This document shows positions 8,661-15,347 of a stretch of DNA of 60,539 nucleotides, piece by piece. Both the position numbers and the translations under genes were made by a program. Below the pieces are notes generated by a model. That model had not been told where the DNA came from, made no database searches, and saw only the letters and a program-made list of their open reading frames with translations. Position 1 is the stretch's first letter, and each line of letters starts with the position of its first letter. Source of the DNA: a virus; the IMG/VR virus record IMGVR_UViG_3300028048_000007, positions 1 through 60,539 of that record; one strand, written 5' to 3'.

Positions 8661-8689
8661 ACTATATCAAATATATTTGTTGATTGCAA
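8661..8689 (-). promoter_or_regulatory. Sigma-A-type promoter (-35 TTGCAA, 17 nt, -10 TATAGT) with an AAAATATTTT UP-like tract
   Basis: Reverse complement reads TTGCAAtcaacaaatatatttgaTATAGT; member of the conserved promoter family. Confidence 0.6.
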
Positions 8690-9167
8690 CAACTTTTTAA
8701 AATATTTTTCAAAAATCTTTTTCTATTTTCCATTATTAGGAAGAAACGCACACAAAACAGATAAACACGGCATTTTTACATATATTGTTTAATATTGCAC
8801 AACGAAAATAATAAAACGTTGGTTAAGATATACAAAAACAATGATTTACAATAGATTTTTTCAAAATTTACAAAATATTAAAAGTTTGTTCGGTTTTGTC
8901 ATACCCTACAAACCGCATGGTTAAGCGATTTTGCCCATTAAGGGTCGAACAAAGACTTTTTCGATAAAGTTATCATTAAAAGGGTAAAATTCAAATTTGG
9001 GGCGTTTTTGAGCGTTTTAAGGGCATATCTAAAATGTCAAGAAAAATCGTAAAATTGACATATAGAAAAAATATCATTGTTTTTGGTTATTTTTAACAAG
9101 TGGTATTTTCTGGCACTTAAAACAGCTTATTTACAGAAAATAGATTAAATTGTTTTCAATTTGTTTT

Positions 9168-9234
9168 AATTGTGTAAAAATTTAAGTTTTTCCGTTCTCT
9201 GGTATTTTCGGGATATTTAAATTTTTACACAATT
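9168..9234. repeat. Perfect 18-bp inverted repeat AATTGTGTAAAAATTTAA / TTAAATTTTTACACAATT with a 31-nt spacer
   Basis: Arms 9168-9185 and 9217-9234 are exact reverse complements. Confidence 0.9.
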
Positions 9235-9367
9235 AATCAAATTGACTATACAATTCTCAAATATTGCTATTTTCCGTTTCTGGCATCCGATAAAATAAAA
9301 TATTTGCTGTTATGTTATTTTCTATCCCTGTTTTTAATAACAAACGGTATTTTATCGGGCATCCTGT

Positions 9368-9384
9368 AAATTGTCAGACAATTT
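9368..9384. promoter_or_regulatory. 17-bp palindrome AAATTGTC-A-GACAATTT (operator-like); same core as 14909-14923 and 15010-15024
   Basis: Self-complementary by inspection. Related half-sites ATTGTCAGA at 9400-9408 and 9460-9468, and ATTGTC at 9471-9476. Confidence 0.6.
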
Positions 9385-9403
9385 GCTCATTTTCGTTAAA
9401 TTG

Positions 9404-9417
9404 TCAGAATATTCTGA
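9404..9417. promoter_or_regulatory. 14-bp perfect palindrome TCAGAATATTCTGA overlapping an ATTGTCAGA half-site
   Basis: Self-complementary by inspection. Region 2 has the near-identical TCTGAATATTCTGA at 15035-15048. Confidence 0.5.
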
Positions 9418-9476
9418 AAACTCGGTGAATTGTACTCATTTTCACACACAATTATGCGAATTGTCAGAAAATTGTC

Positions 9477-9510
9477 GGGGCGGTCGGCGTGGGCGGTCGG
9501 GCGGCATCCG
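9477..9510. other. Isolated GC-rich island (GGGGCGGTCGGCGTGGGCGGTCGGGCGGCATCCG) containing GCGGTCGG twice
   Basis: Stands out by eye in an otherwise AT-rich non-coding region. Confidence 0.8.
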
Positions 9511-9753
9511 TTCTTCCTACGTACTTTCTTTTTACGTTGTTTCTGTATTCGCATTATGTCATATTCGCATTATGTCGTATAACGCTCAAATTCGGCTCAT
9601 TTTCGCATTTTGTACCATTAATGGTATATTTATATACCTACACAATAAAAACGCCATTTTGAGGCAAATTTGAGCGTTTTACGTATGCTTTATTACATAG
9701 ATATATAAATACAGCATTATTTATATACTTTTCATCGTTCCTGTACTGTTTTT

Positions 9754-9894
9754 AGTGTAGTAGGAAGAATTTTTAGTAGTAGGATGAATTTTGAAAAGTA
9801 GTAGGAGAAATTTTTCGTAGTAGACGGAATTTTGCACAGTAGGAGGAATTTTGAGTAGTAGAAGGAAAATTAAAGAGTAGTAAAAGGAATTTTT
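9754..9894. repeat. Tandem array of 7 imperfect 16-22-bp repeats, consensus AGTAGTAGGAGGAATTTT (iteron-like; every unit keeps a GGA core)
   Basis: Units start at 9754, 9775, 9797, 9817, 9838, 9854 and 9876. Confidence 0.9.
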
Positions 9895-9912
9895 AACATA
9901 TCCCAGAAACAA

Positions 9913-9940
9913 GGAAAAACGGCATTTACTGCCGTTTTCC
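9913..9940 (-). terminator. Rho-independent terminator after 9962..10384 (GGAAAACGGCA-gtaaa-TGCCGTTTTTCC, then T-rich)
   Basis: 11-bp GC-containing stem with one bulged A, followed by TTGTTTC on the coding strand. Confidence 0.75.
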
Positions 9941-9961
9941 TATTGGTATCTGTATTTACTT

Positions 9962-10384
9962 TTACTTTCTCTTTTTGTTGTGATTTTCCTTATAATACTT
10001 CATAGATTCGGGATAAAACAGATTGATTATATCTCCCAAACCTGCATTGAGAAATACCGCATATTTAATCATCTTTTCAATGTTAGGATTCTGTTTTCCC
10101 TGTAATACCTTTGTGGTATTTGCTATATCATCTCCAATAGCCTGTGCAAACTCTGATACAGTGTTATAACCGTATGCTTTCAGAAAATCTTTTCTTACTT
10201 CATACACTTTATCGGGAATTGCCTTTTTAACCGTCTTATTTGCCGTTTTAACAGGCTTTACGTTCTTTTTGGTACTTTTTACCGCTGTTGTCTTCTTTGT
10301 AGGCTTCTTGACCGTTTTAGCGGCTTTTACAGACTTATTTGCAGTTACCTTCTTTGTATTCTTTGTATTTGCTGTTTTTCTCAT
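9962..10384 (-). CDS. DNA-binding protein: Lys-rich histone-H1-like N-terminal repeats plus a C-terminal XRE-like HTH
   Basis: 140 aa. KKVTANKSVKAAKTVKKPTKKTTAVKSTKKNVKPVKTANKTVKKA, then ..VSEFAQAIGDDIANTTKVLQGKQNPNIEKMIKYAVFL.. Confidence 0.65.
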   Translation of the reverse strand: MRKTANTKNTKKVTANKSVKAAKTVKKPTKKTTAVKSTKKNVKPVKTANKTVKKAIPDKVYEVRKDFLKAYGYNTVSEFAQAIGDDIANTTKVLQGKQNPNIEKMIKYAVFLNAGLGDIINLFYPESMKYYKENHNKKRK

Positions 10385-10431
10385 TTATTTTTCCTCCATT
10401 TTGTTGTTTTTAAGTGTTTTATGTGTTTTGT

Positions 10432-11037
10432 TTAGCTTATTTCTGTTCTAACGTAGTTTACAAGTGCATATTCCAAACTACAACGAAAAACTGGATTATC
10501 TCTCAATTCTTTACAGTTTCTTACTATTGCAAGTTTAACTAAATCTAACTTTTCCGCTACTTCATCAAAAACCTGTTTACTAGCACTTATCTGTTTTTCG
10601 TAGTTCTCAATGTATTTCTTTTGCTTTTCTTTTTCTGATTCTATCTTTTCGATAATTTCATCAGTATTGAGTAAATAAGTTGTTCTCCAGAAACCTTCAC
10701 TACTTTTTAAATCCTTTATTCTTTCATCTTCTGGATTTTTAGCTTTCATGTCATCTACATACATATAAGCATCGAATTCGTAAGTGTTAAAATTTCCGTC
10801 ACTTGTGTATCCAGAAACTTGAAAAGTAGGATGATTATAATCGTTATATGATTTAATTATAATCTTTCCATTTACAAAAGTCTGGTTTTTGTTCTGAAAA
10901 TGCGTTCCGTCTTTCTTACGCTTTATTTCTACTTTTTCAAGTAATTCCAGATTGTTTTTATGATATTTTAAATCATCATTTAACTTTCTTACTATTTCTT
11001 CATAACCTTTTGTTACTTCAAAACTACAACTTGACAT
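10432..11037 (-). CDS. Hypothetical protein (201 aa), coiled-coil C-terminal half
   Basis: ORF track. Confidence 0.65.
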   Translation of the reverse strand: MSSCSFEVTKGYEEIVRKLNDDLKYHKNNLELLEKVEIKRKKDGTHFQNKNQTFVNGKIIIKSYNDYNHPTFQVSGYTSDGNFNTYEFDAYMYVDDMKAKNPEDERIKDLKSSEGFWRTTYLLNTDEIIEKIESEKEKQKKYIENYEKQISASKQVFDEVAEKLDLVKLAIVRNCKELRDNPVFRCSLEYALVNYVRTEIS

Positions 11038-11106
11038 TTTTCACCTCATTTCTGTTTGTGGTTAGTCTGAAAGACTCACAAACAATCATTTTTTGTTTAC
11101 AGTTAC

Positions 11107-11135
11107 ATTATACCAAACTATTTTACTAATTGCAA
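11107..11135 (-). promoter_or_regulatory. Sigma-A-type promoter (-35 TTGCAA, 17 nt, TGgTATAAT extended -10) overlapping the 3' end of 11126..11449
   Basis: Reverse complement reads TTGCAAttagtaaaatagtttggTATAAT. Confidence 0.55.
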
Positions 11136-11449
11136 TACTTTATTTTAATTATTTTGTCATCTTTAACAGCACTTGTATGGTTGTTATCCATCAATACGCT
11201 GTATAACTCTCCTGTGTGTATATCTCCGTCTTCTGCTATGTATTCAAATACATTTCCATTACTTGTGATAAACTCTACAAGGTAATTTTCTCCGTATTCC
11301 TCTACATTTGCAACTTTACAGGTTTCTGGATACAAAGATGTATTTCTATCCCATATAAAAGCTACAAACAATGCTATAAAACCTGTTAGCATGTAAATAC
11401 AACATTCTTTCCAAAACTGCTCATTTGTCATCTCTTTTTCATTATCCAT
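11126..11449 (-). CDS. Hypothetical membrane protein (107 aa, one TM); stops at TAG followed directly by TAA
   Basis: ORF track; the ..CCIYMLTGFIALFVAFIW.. hydrophobic segment. Confidence 0.65.
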   Translation of the reverse strand: MDNEKEMTNEQFWKECCIYMLTGFIALFVAFIWDRNTSLYPETCKVANVEEYGENYLVEFITSNGNVFEYIAEDGDIHTGELYSVLMDNNHTSAVKDDKIIKIKYCN

Positions 11450-11464
11450 TTATTATCCCTCCGT

Positions 11465-11761
11465 TTAATCAATTATTTCATCGGTTACAATTGCGTATTG
11501 TTCATACCCCCACAAATAACCTCTTTTATAGCTTTCTTCCATATAGTTTTCGTGTGTTTGTATGTTATGCAAAACCGCATCCCATTTAATACCTGCGTGA
11601 AACATACACTTTGCGAAAATATCTCTATCATACTGATATTTCGGTCTGATTCTTATTAAACTTTCAAACCCACATCCGCACCCATTTACAATCTCCGCAC
11701 ATACTGTATTTTTGTTATTTTCTACTACATAAAGTCTTGTTATTGTTTTTGCTACCTTCAT
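11465..11761 (-). CDS. Hypothetical protein (98 aa)
   Basis: ORF track; GGAGG RBS. Confidence 0.65.
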   Translation of the reverse strand: MKVAKTITRLYVVENNKNTVCAEIVNGCGCGFESLIRIRPKYQYDRDIFAKCMFHAGIKWDAVLHNIQTHENYMEESYKRGYLWGYEQYAIVTDEIID

Positions 11762-11812
11762 TCAATTTACCTCCATTTTGTTATTGTCAACACTTTTTTT
11801 TGAAAAATATTT

Positions 11813-12436
11813 TTACTGGTATATAGGACTTCCGTTTTCACTCCAACCTAAATATTCGTTTACTTCCCAGATATCTTTTATTTCATCATCTTCTACTTCG
11901 TAAAAGAAACTATATCCGTCATCCTCCATTTCTTTACAATACTTTTTAAAACAATCATTAAACATGTTTGCTATACACTCAATGGTATTATACGGTATAT
12001 CCCTATAATAGTTTCCCTCCATTTCCATTTCAACATAATATCTTATATCATCGGCTTTACTGATATAATAACAATAATCTCTGTTTTCACGGTTTATTAT
12101 TTCTATATCCTGCTTTTCCAGATAATCAGCAAAACGCTTTTCCTGCTTGTTAAATAACTCATTATAGTCTTCGTGCTTTTCTTTGATAAAACGGATTATA
12201 TCGAATATAGCAAAAGTTCCGTATATATTTAATCCGTCACCTTGACAAGATGAAAGACTATATTGTACTTCTAATTTGCTATTCGGAAAATCAACTTTTA
12301 ATGTGTCTTCTATACTTTCACTTAGCATTTCCGATTCACGAAAATCCTCACAATATTTCATTCTTGCGTTTTCTTTTGCTGTATCAGATAATTCGTCAAA
12401 ATCATAAACCTTTTCAATTCTTGTAATTTCCCTCAT
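11813..12436 (-). CDS. Hypothetical protein (207 aa)
   Basis: ORF track 11813..12451; start moved to MREITRIEKVY behind GGAGG. Confidence 0.65.
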   Translation of the reverse strand: MREITRIEKVYDFDELSDTAKENARMKYCEDFRESEMLSESIEDTLKVDFPNSKLEVQYSLSSCQGDGLNIYGTFAIFDIIRFIKEKHEDYNELFNKQEKRFADYLEKQDIEIINRENRDYCYYISKADDIRYYVEMEMEGNYYRDIPYNTIECIANMFNDCFKKYCKEMEDDGYSFFYEVEDDEIKDIWEVNEYLGWSENGSPIYQ

Positions 12437-12454
12437 CGTGTTTACCTCCAATTT

Positions 12455-12703
12455 TCAATCTACTTCTTTTGATGCAAACAAAAAATCATAATCATCCAAT
12501 AAATCATTTAAAATATACTTTCTTGTTATCCTGCTAAACTGTCCTTTAGGTTTCCCGATATAATTTCTAATCACTTTATCCTGTCCGTTTTCATCCTTTA
12601 TCCATTCCATATACTGTCTGATATAATAATGACCACAGTTTGTTCTTTTTACCTGTATAAACTTATTTTCATTTCTACGATTTCTATAAGTGTACAATCT
12701 CAT
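12455..12703 (-). CDS. Hypothetical protein (82 aa)
   Basis: ORF track 12455..12718; start moved to MRLYTYRN behind GGAGGG. Confidence 0.6.
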   Translation of the reverse strand: MRLYTYRNRRNENKFIQVKRTNCGHYYIRQYMEWIKDENGQDKVIRNYIGKPKGQFSRITRKYILNDLLDDYDFLFASKEVD

Positions 12704-12743
12704 TTTATTTCCCTCCATAGGTTTTATTTGTTTTGTTGTATTT

Positions 12744-12772
12744 AATATATCATACTATTTTGTTACTGTCAA
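12744..12772 (-). promoter_or_regulatory. Sigma-A-type promoter, family consensus copy (-35 TTGACA, 17 nt, -10 TATATT)
   Basis: Reverse complement reads TTGACAgtaacaaaatagtatgaTATATT, preceded by an A/T UP-like tract. Confidence 0.7.
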
Positions 12773-12791
12773 CAACTTTTTTTTATTTTTT

Positions 12792-13178
12792 TTAATTCGA
12801 CATTGATAAAACCCATTTGGACTTTTTCATTTCCTGCTTTGCTTTTCTTATCAGTTCTTTGTATCTCTTTATTTCGTCTTTGTATGCTTTCTTTTCCTCT
12901 TCTGTTGCAATTCCCATATACCAACTATATGTATTGATTCTTTCAGTGTAAAACTCTATGTCGTTTCTGTATTCTTCAATCCTTTTCTTTATTTCGTTTT
13001 CAAACTCAATCTGTTCTTCTGATTTGCTGTTATCAACTAATTTCTTACCTGTGTTGTAAATATCCTGCTTTGTGAGTTTATCGTTCTCCATATAAAGTGC
13101 TTCTAATGATTTATACACTCTGTAGTTATACTCTGTTTCCTTGCATCCTGTATTTTCAACAAATTCGCTGTACAACAT
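12792..13178 (-). CDS. Hypothetical protein (128 aa), Lys/Glu-rich helical
   Basis: ORF track. Confidence 0.65.
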   Translation of the reverse strand: MLYSEFVENTGCKETEYNYRVYKSLEALYMENDKLTKQDIYNTGKKLVDNSKSEEQIEFENEIKKRIEEYRNDIEFYTERINTYSWYMGIATEEEKKAYKDEIKRYKELIRKAKQEMKKSKWVLSMSN

Positions 13179-13257
13179 GTTTTCATCCTCCGTTTATCAT
13201 CTCTGTTTTAATGACTACGTTAGTTTGTTTTAAACTGTAATCATCTTTGTTGTACTC

Positions 13258-13286
13258 AATATATCATAGCGTTTTGTTGTTGTCAA
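13258..13286 (-). promoter_or_regulatory. Sigma-A-type promoter, family consensus copy (-35 TTGACA, 17 nt, -10 TATATT)
   Basis: Reverse complement reads TTGACAacaacaaaacgctatgaTATATT, preceded by AAAAATATTTTTAAAAAAG. Confidence 0.7.
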
Positions 13287-13429
13287 CTACTTTTTTAAAA
13301 ATATTTTTTATTTTTATTTTCCCTCTTTTTATCGGTCTTTGTTGTTCTTCCGTCACACGGTTTTACTCTTGTATTTTCTCCGCACACTTTAAAATAAATG
13401 CATCCTTTACAGGGATTTTTTACACTCAT

Positions 13430-13903
13430 TTATTTTTCCTCCATACCTTCAAACTTTATTTTCAGTTCCATTAAATTCCTGCGTATCTCTCCACAATGTG
13501 CATTTTGCTGTTCATAATATTCAACGTCATGTAGAAACTGTCTACAGAAACCAACAGCACTATTACAACTACCACAATTTGAAATATGATTCTTTAAATC
13601 ATCTAACAGCTTATCTAAACGTTTGTCGTTGTCTTTCTCTCTATAATCGTTACATTCCAACAGTTTATCAACACTCTTTATGTATTCATTATCCATTTGT
13701 TCTTTCTCCAGATATTCTTCATGCTGTTTTATCATCTTATTTGCATCTGCTATAGTTTCGGGGCATCCGATATAGTTACCGTCACAATATAATTTCCAAA
13801 CTTTTCGTATTCCCTTTGGAGGATATATTCTGGCACTCTTCCGTAAAACATACTTTGTACCTTTTGTTGCGTATAACTCTTTGTTTACTTTTTCAAGTTT
13901 CAT
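13430..13903 (-). CDS. Hypothetical Cys-rich protein (157 aa)
   Basis: ORF track; GGAGGGG RBS. Confidence 0.65.
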   Translation of the reverse strand: MKLEKVNKELYATKGTKYVLRKSARIYPPKGIRKVWKLYCDGNYIGCPETIADANKMIKQHEEYLEKEQMDNEYIKSVDKLLECNDYREKDNDKRLDKLLDDLKNHISNCGSCNSAVGFCRQFLHDVEYYEQQNAHCGEIRRNLMELKIKFEGMEEK

Positions 13904-13918
13904 TTTTCACCCCTCCAT

Positions 13919-14104
13919 TTACAATGTATCATCATAAATGTTTGCTAAATGATACAACAATGTTAATTGTGCTTTCTGCTGTGGTGTTTTATCTTTCATG
14001 TTGTACAATCTTACTATTTCACTTTCAATTTCTTCAATCAATCTTTCCGCACAATCAATCATTTTCTTTGTTGTATCTATTTGTTCTTTGATTTTCTTTT
14101 CCAT
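13919..14104 (-). CDS. Hypothetical protein (61 aa)
   Basis: ORF track; AGGAGG RBS. Confidence 0.55.
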   Translation of the reverse strand: MEKKIKEQIDTTKKMIDCAERLIEEIESEIVRLYNMKDKTPQQKAQLTLLYHLANIYDDTL

Positions 14105-14126
14105 TCCGTTTACCTCCTGTTTATTT

Positions 14127-14168
14127 ACAGGGATTATGGATAAACTGTATTAGTTTCATAATCCCTGT
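14127..14168 (-). repeat. Perfect 12-bp stem hairpin ACAGGGATTATG / CATAATCCCTGT (18-nt loop) between two genes
   Basis: Read by eye; no T-run, so an intercistronic structure rather than a clear terminator. Confidence 0.6.
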
Positions 14169-14179
14169 ACACCGTTTAT

Positions 14180-14596
14180 TTACTCTTTTACGTAGTAGTT
14201 TCCAACACAACCACCATGTTTTACACAATCCCATATATCAACGTTTTTACCGTTCTCAACAACTGACAAATGGTGTGCCATATTAATAATATAAGTGCCT
14301 GTTTTGTATTTGTCAACAAATTCTTTTACAGTATACTTTGTACCGTCAATATGTCGGGGTTGTGGCATTTTCTTCCACCCATACTTTTCCAGAATTGCTT
14401 CAAACGTTCTTTTATCATCCTTGCAATAGCCTGTTTCAATCTGTCTATATGCAATTTCCAAAACAATGTCATTGTATGGAACTCCTGTTGCATAACTGAT
14501 TGCACGATACACGCAATCACCTGTAATACGGTTATGCGGATTCTGGTTGTGATAATGGAATGTTTCTGTTTCGGGGTACTTTTCAGTTCTTTTCAT
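14180..14596 (-). CDS. Putative papain-fold (C39-like) cysteine peptidase
   Basis: 138 aa. Ordered GDCVYRAIS (Cys) .. MAHHLSVVENG (His) .. VDIWD (Asp), reminiscent of C39/NlpC-type triads (motif-level only). Confidence 0.4.
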   Translation of the reverse strand: MKRTEKYPETETFHYHNQNPHNRITGDCVYRAISYATGVPYNDIVLEIAYRQIETGYCKDDKRTFEAILEKYGWKKMPQPRHIDGTKYTVKEFVDKYKTGTYIINMAHHLSVVENGKNVDIWDCVKHGGCVGNYYVKE

Positions 14597-14684
14597 TTTG
14601 TCAACCTCTTTTCAATATTTTGTTTTCAATGTGCGGTTTGCAATTCTACCACCAACAACCTGTTAATGATACCTTGCAAGTATC

Positions 14685-14713
14685 ATATTACACCCACCTG
14701 TTGTTATTGTCAA
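14685..14713 (-). promoter_or_regulatory. Sigma-A-type promoter (-35 TTGACA, 17 nt, -10 TAATAT)
   Basis: Reverse complement reads TTGACAataacaacaggtgggtgTAATAT, with an A/T-rich UP-like tract at 14714-14750. Confidence 0.7.
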
Positions 14714-14908
14714 CAACTATTTTAAAAAATTTTCAAAAAGTTTTTTTCACGGAAATAAAATCTTGACATTGTATATCACAACAAAAGAAAATGCAACTTA
14801 AAATTTTCACCAAATTTTTCATTGGTTATTGTCAACTTTCCCATGTCTGACAATTTACAAATTTTTCGGTTTCTGTATTGACAATGGATTGAATTTTCTG
14901 ATAATCAG

Positions 14909-14923
14909 AATTGTCTGACAATT
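14909..14923. promoter_or_regulatory. 15-bp palindrome AATTGTC-T-GACAATT (operator-like), directly downstream of a plus-strand TTGACA/GATAAT promoter-like pair (14878-14905)
   Basis: Self-complementary by inspection. Confidence 0.6.
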
Positions 14924-15009
14924 AAATGTTATTTTACCGATTTTGGGATGGTTTTTAGACAATTTAAAAGAAACATGTGTGATTCATACACAACTCCGAA
15001 AGCTGTCTG

Positions 15010-15024
15010 AATTGTCTGACAATT
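15010..15024. promoter_or_regulatory. 15-bp palindrome AATTGTC-T-GACAATT (second exact copy in region 2)
   Basis: Self-complementary. Flanked by half-sites GTCTGA (15005-15010), GTCTGAATATTCTGACAATT (15034-15053), plus 14845-14855 and 14957-14964. Confidence 0.6.
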
Positions 15025-15190
15025 TGGTGAGTTGTCTGAATATTCTGACAATTCTGAAAATTCGGATTCGGTTTTGTACCCCATATACGTATACGCATAC
15101 ACACGTACATACGTACTTACTTATTTACTATATTATTTCGCATTATGTATACGCCACCACACGGTACACGTTACATGTGTTACACTCAAC

Positions 15191-15310
15191 AAATAAATAG
15201 AAAGTACATTCTGCGGATAAATTGATGTGATAAATACCAAAGGGGATTCTTTGTCATGGCAAAAACAAAGTGATTATTATGTTCTCACAGAATGTACTCT
15301 CTATTTATTT
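15191..15310. repeat. Long inverted repeat: 23-bp arms (22/23 complementary) around a 74-nt spacer; candidate structured RNA or cruciform
   Basis: 15191-15213 AAATAAATAGAaAGTACATTCTG versus 15288-15310 CAGAATGTACTcTCTATTTATTT. The spacer holds a small CTTTG..CAAAG hairpin. Confidence 0.85.
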
Positions 15311-15347
15311 ATTGTAATGCTTTTGTATTGTTCCACCAAGCTAATAC

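Noticed and set aside
9371-9673. 100-aa plus-strand ORF (TTG start) across the operator cluster and GC island; a similar 85-aa ORF lies at 14943..15200
   Set aside because: No RBS. The sequences are low-complexity read-outs of the repeated TGTCAGA/TGTCTGA and CGTAC motifs (both contain LSE(Y/L)S(E/D)N only because the DNA motif repeats). There is no protein-like composition.
9754-9894. CRISPR-like array
   Set aside because: The repeats are directly adjacent with no unique spacers. The units are only 16-22 bp and degenerate. There are no cas genes.
9721-9912. 63-aa minus-strand ORF over the tandem repeats
   Set aside because: Its sequence is just the repeat translated (..SxYY.. periodicity). 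It lies downstream of a strong terminator and has no RBS.
11785-11812. Additional member of the sigma-A promoter family
   Set aside because: It keeps the UP tract, TTGACA and the first spacer bases, but the sequence then runs directly into GGAGG and the ATG of 11465..11761, leaving no acceptable -10. It is probably a truncated relic, kept only as a note.
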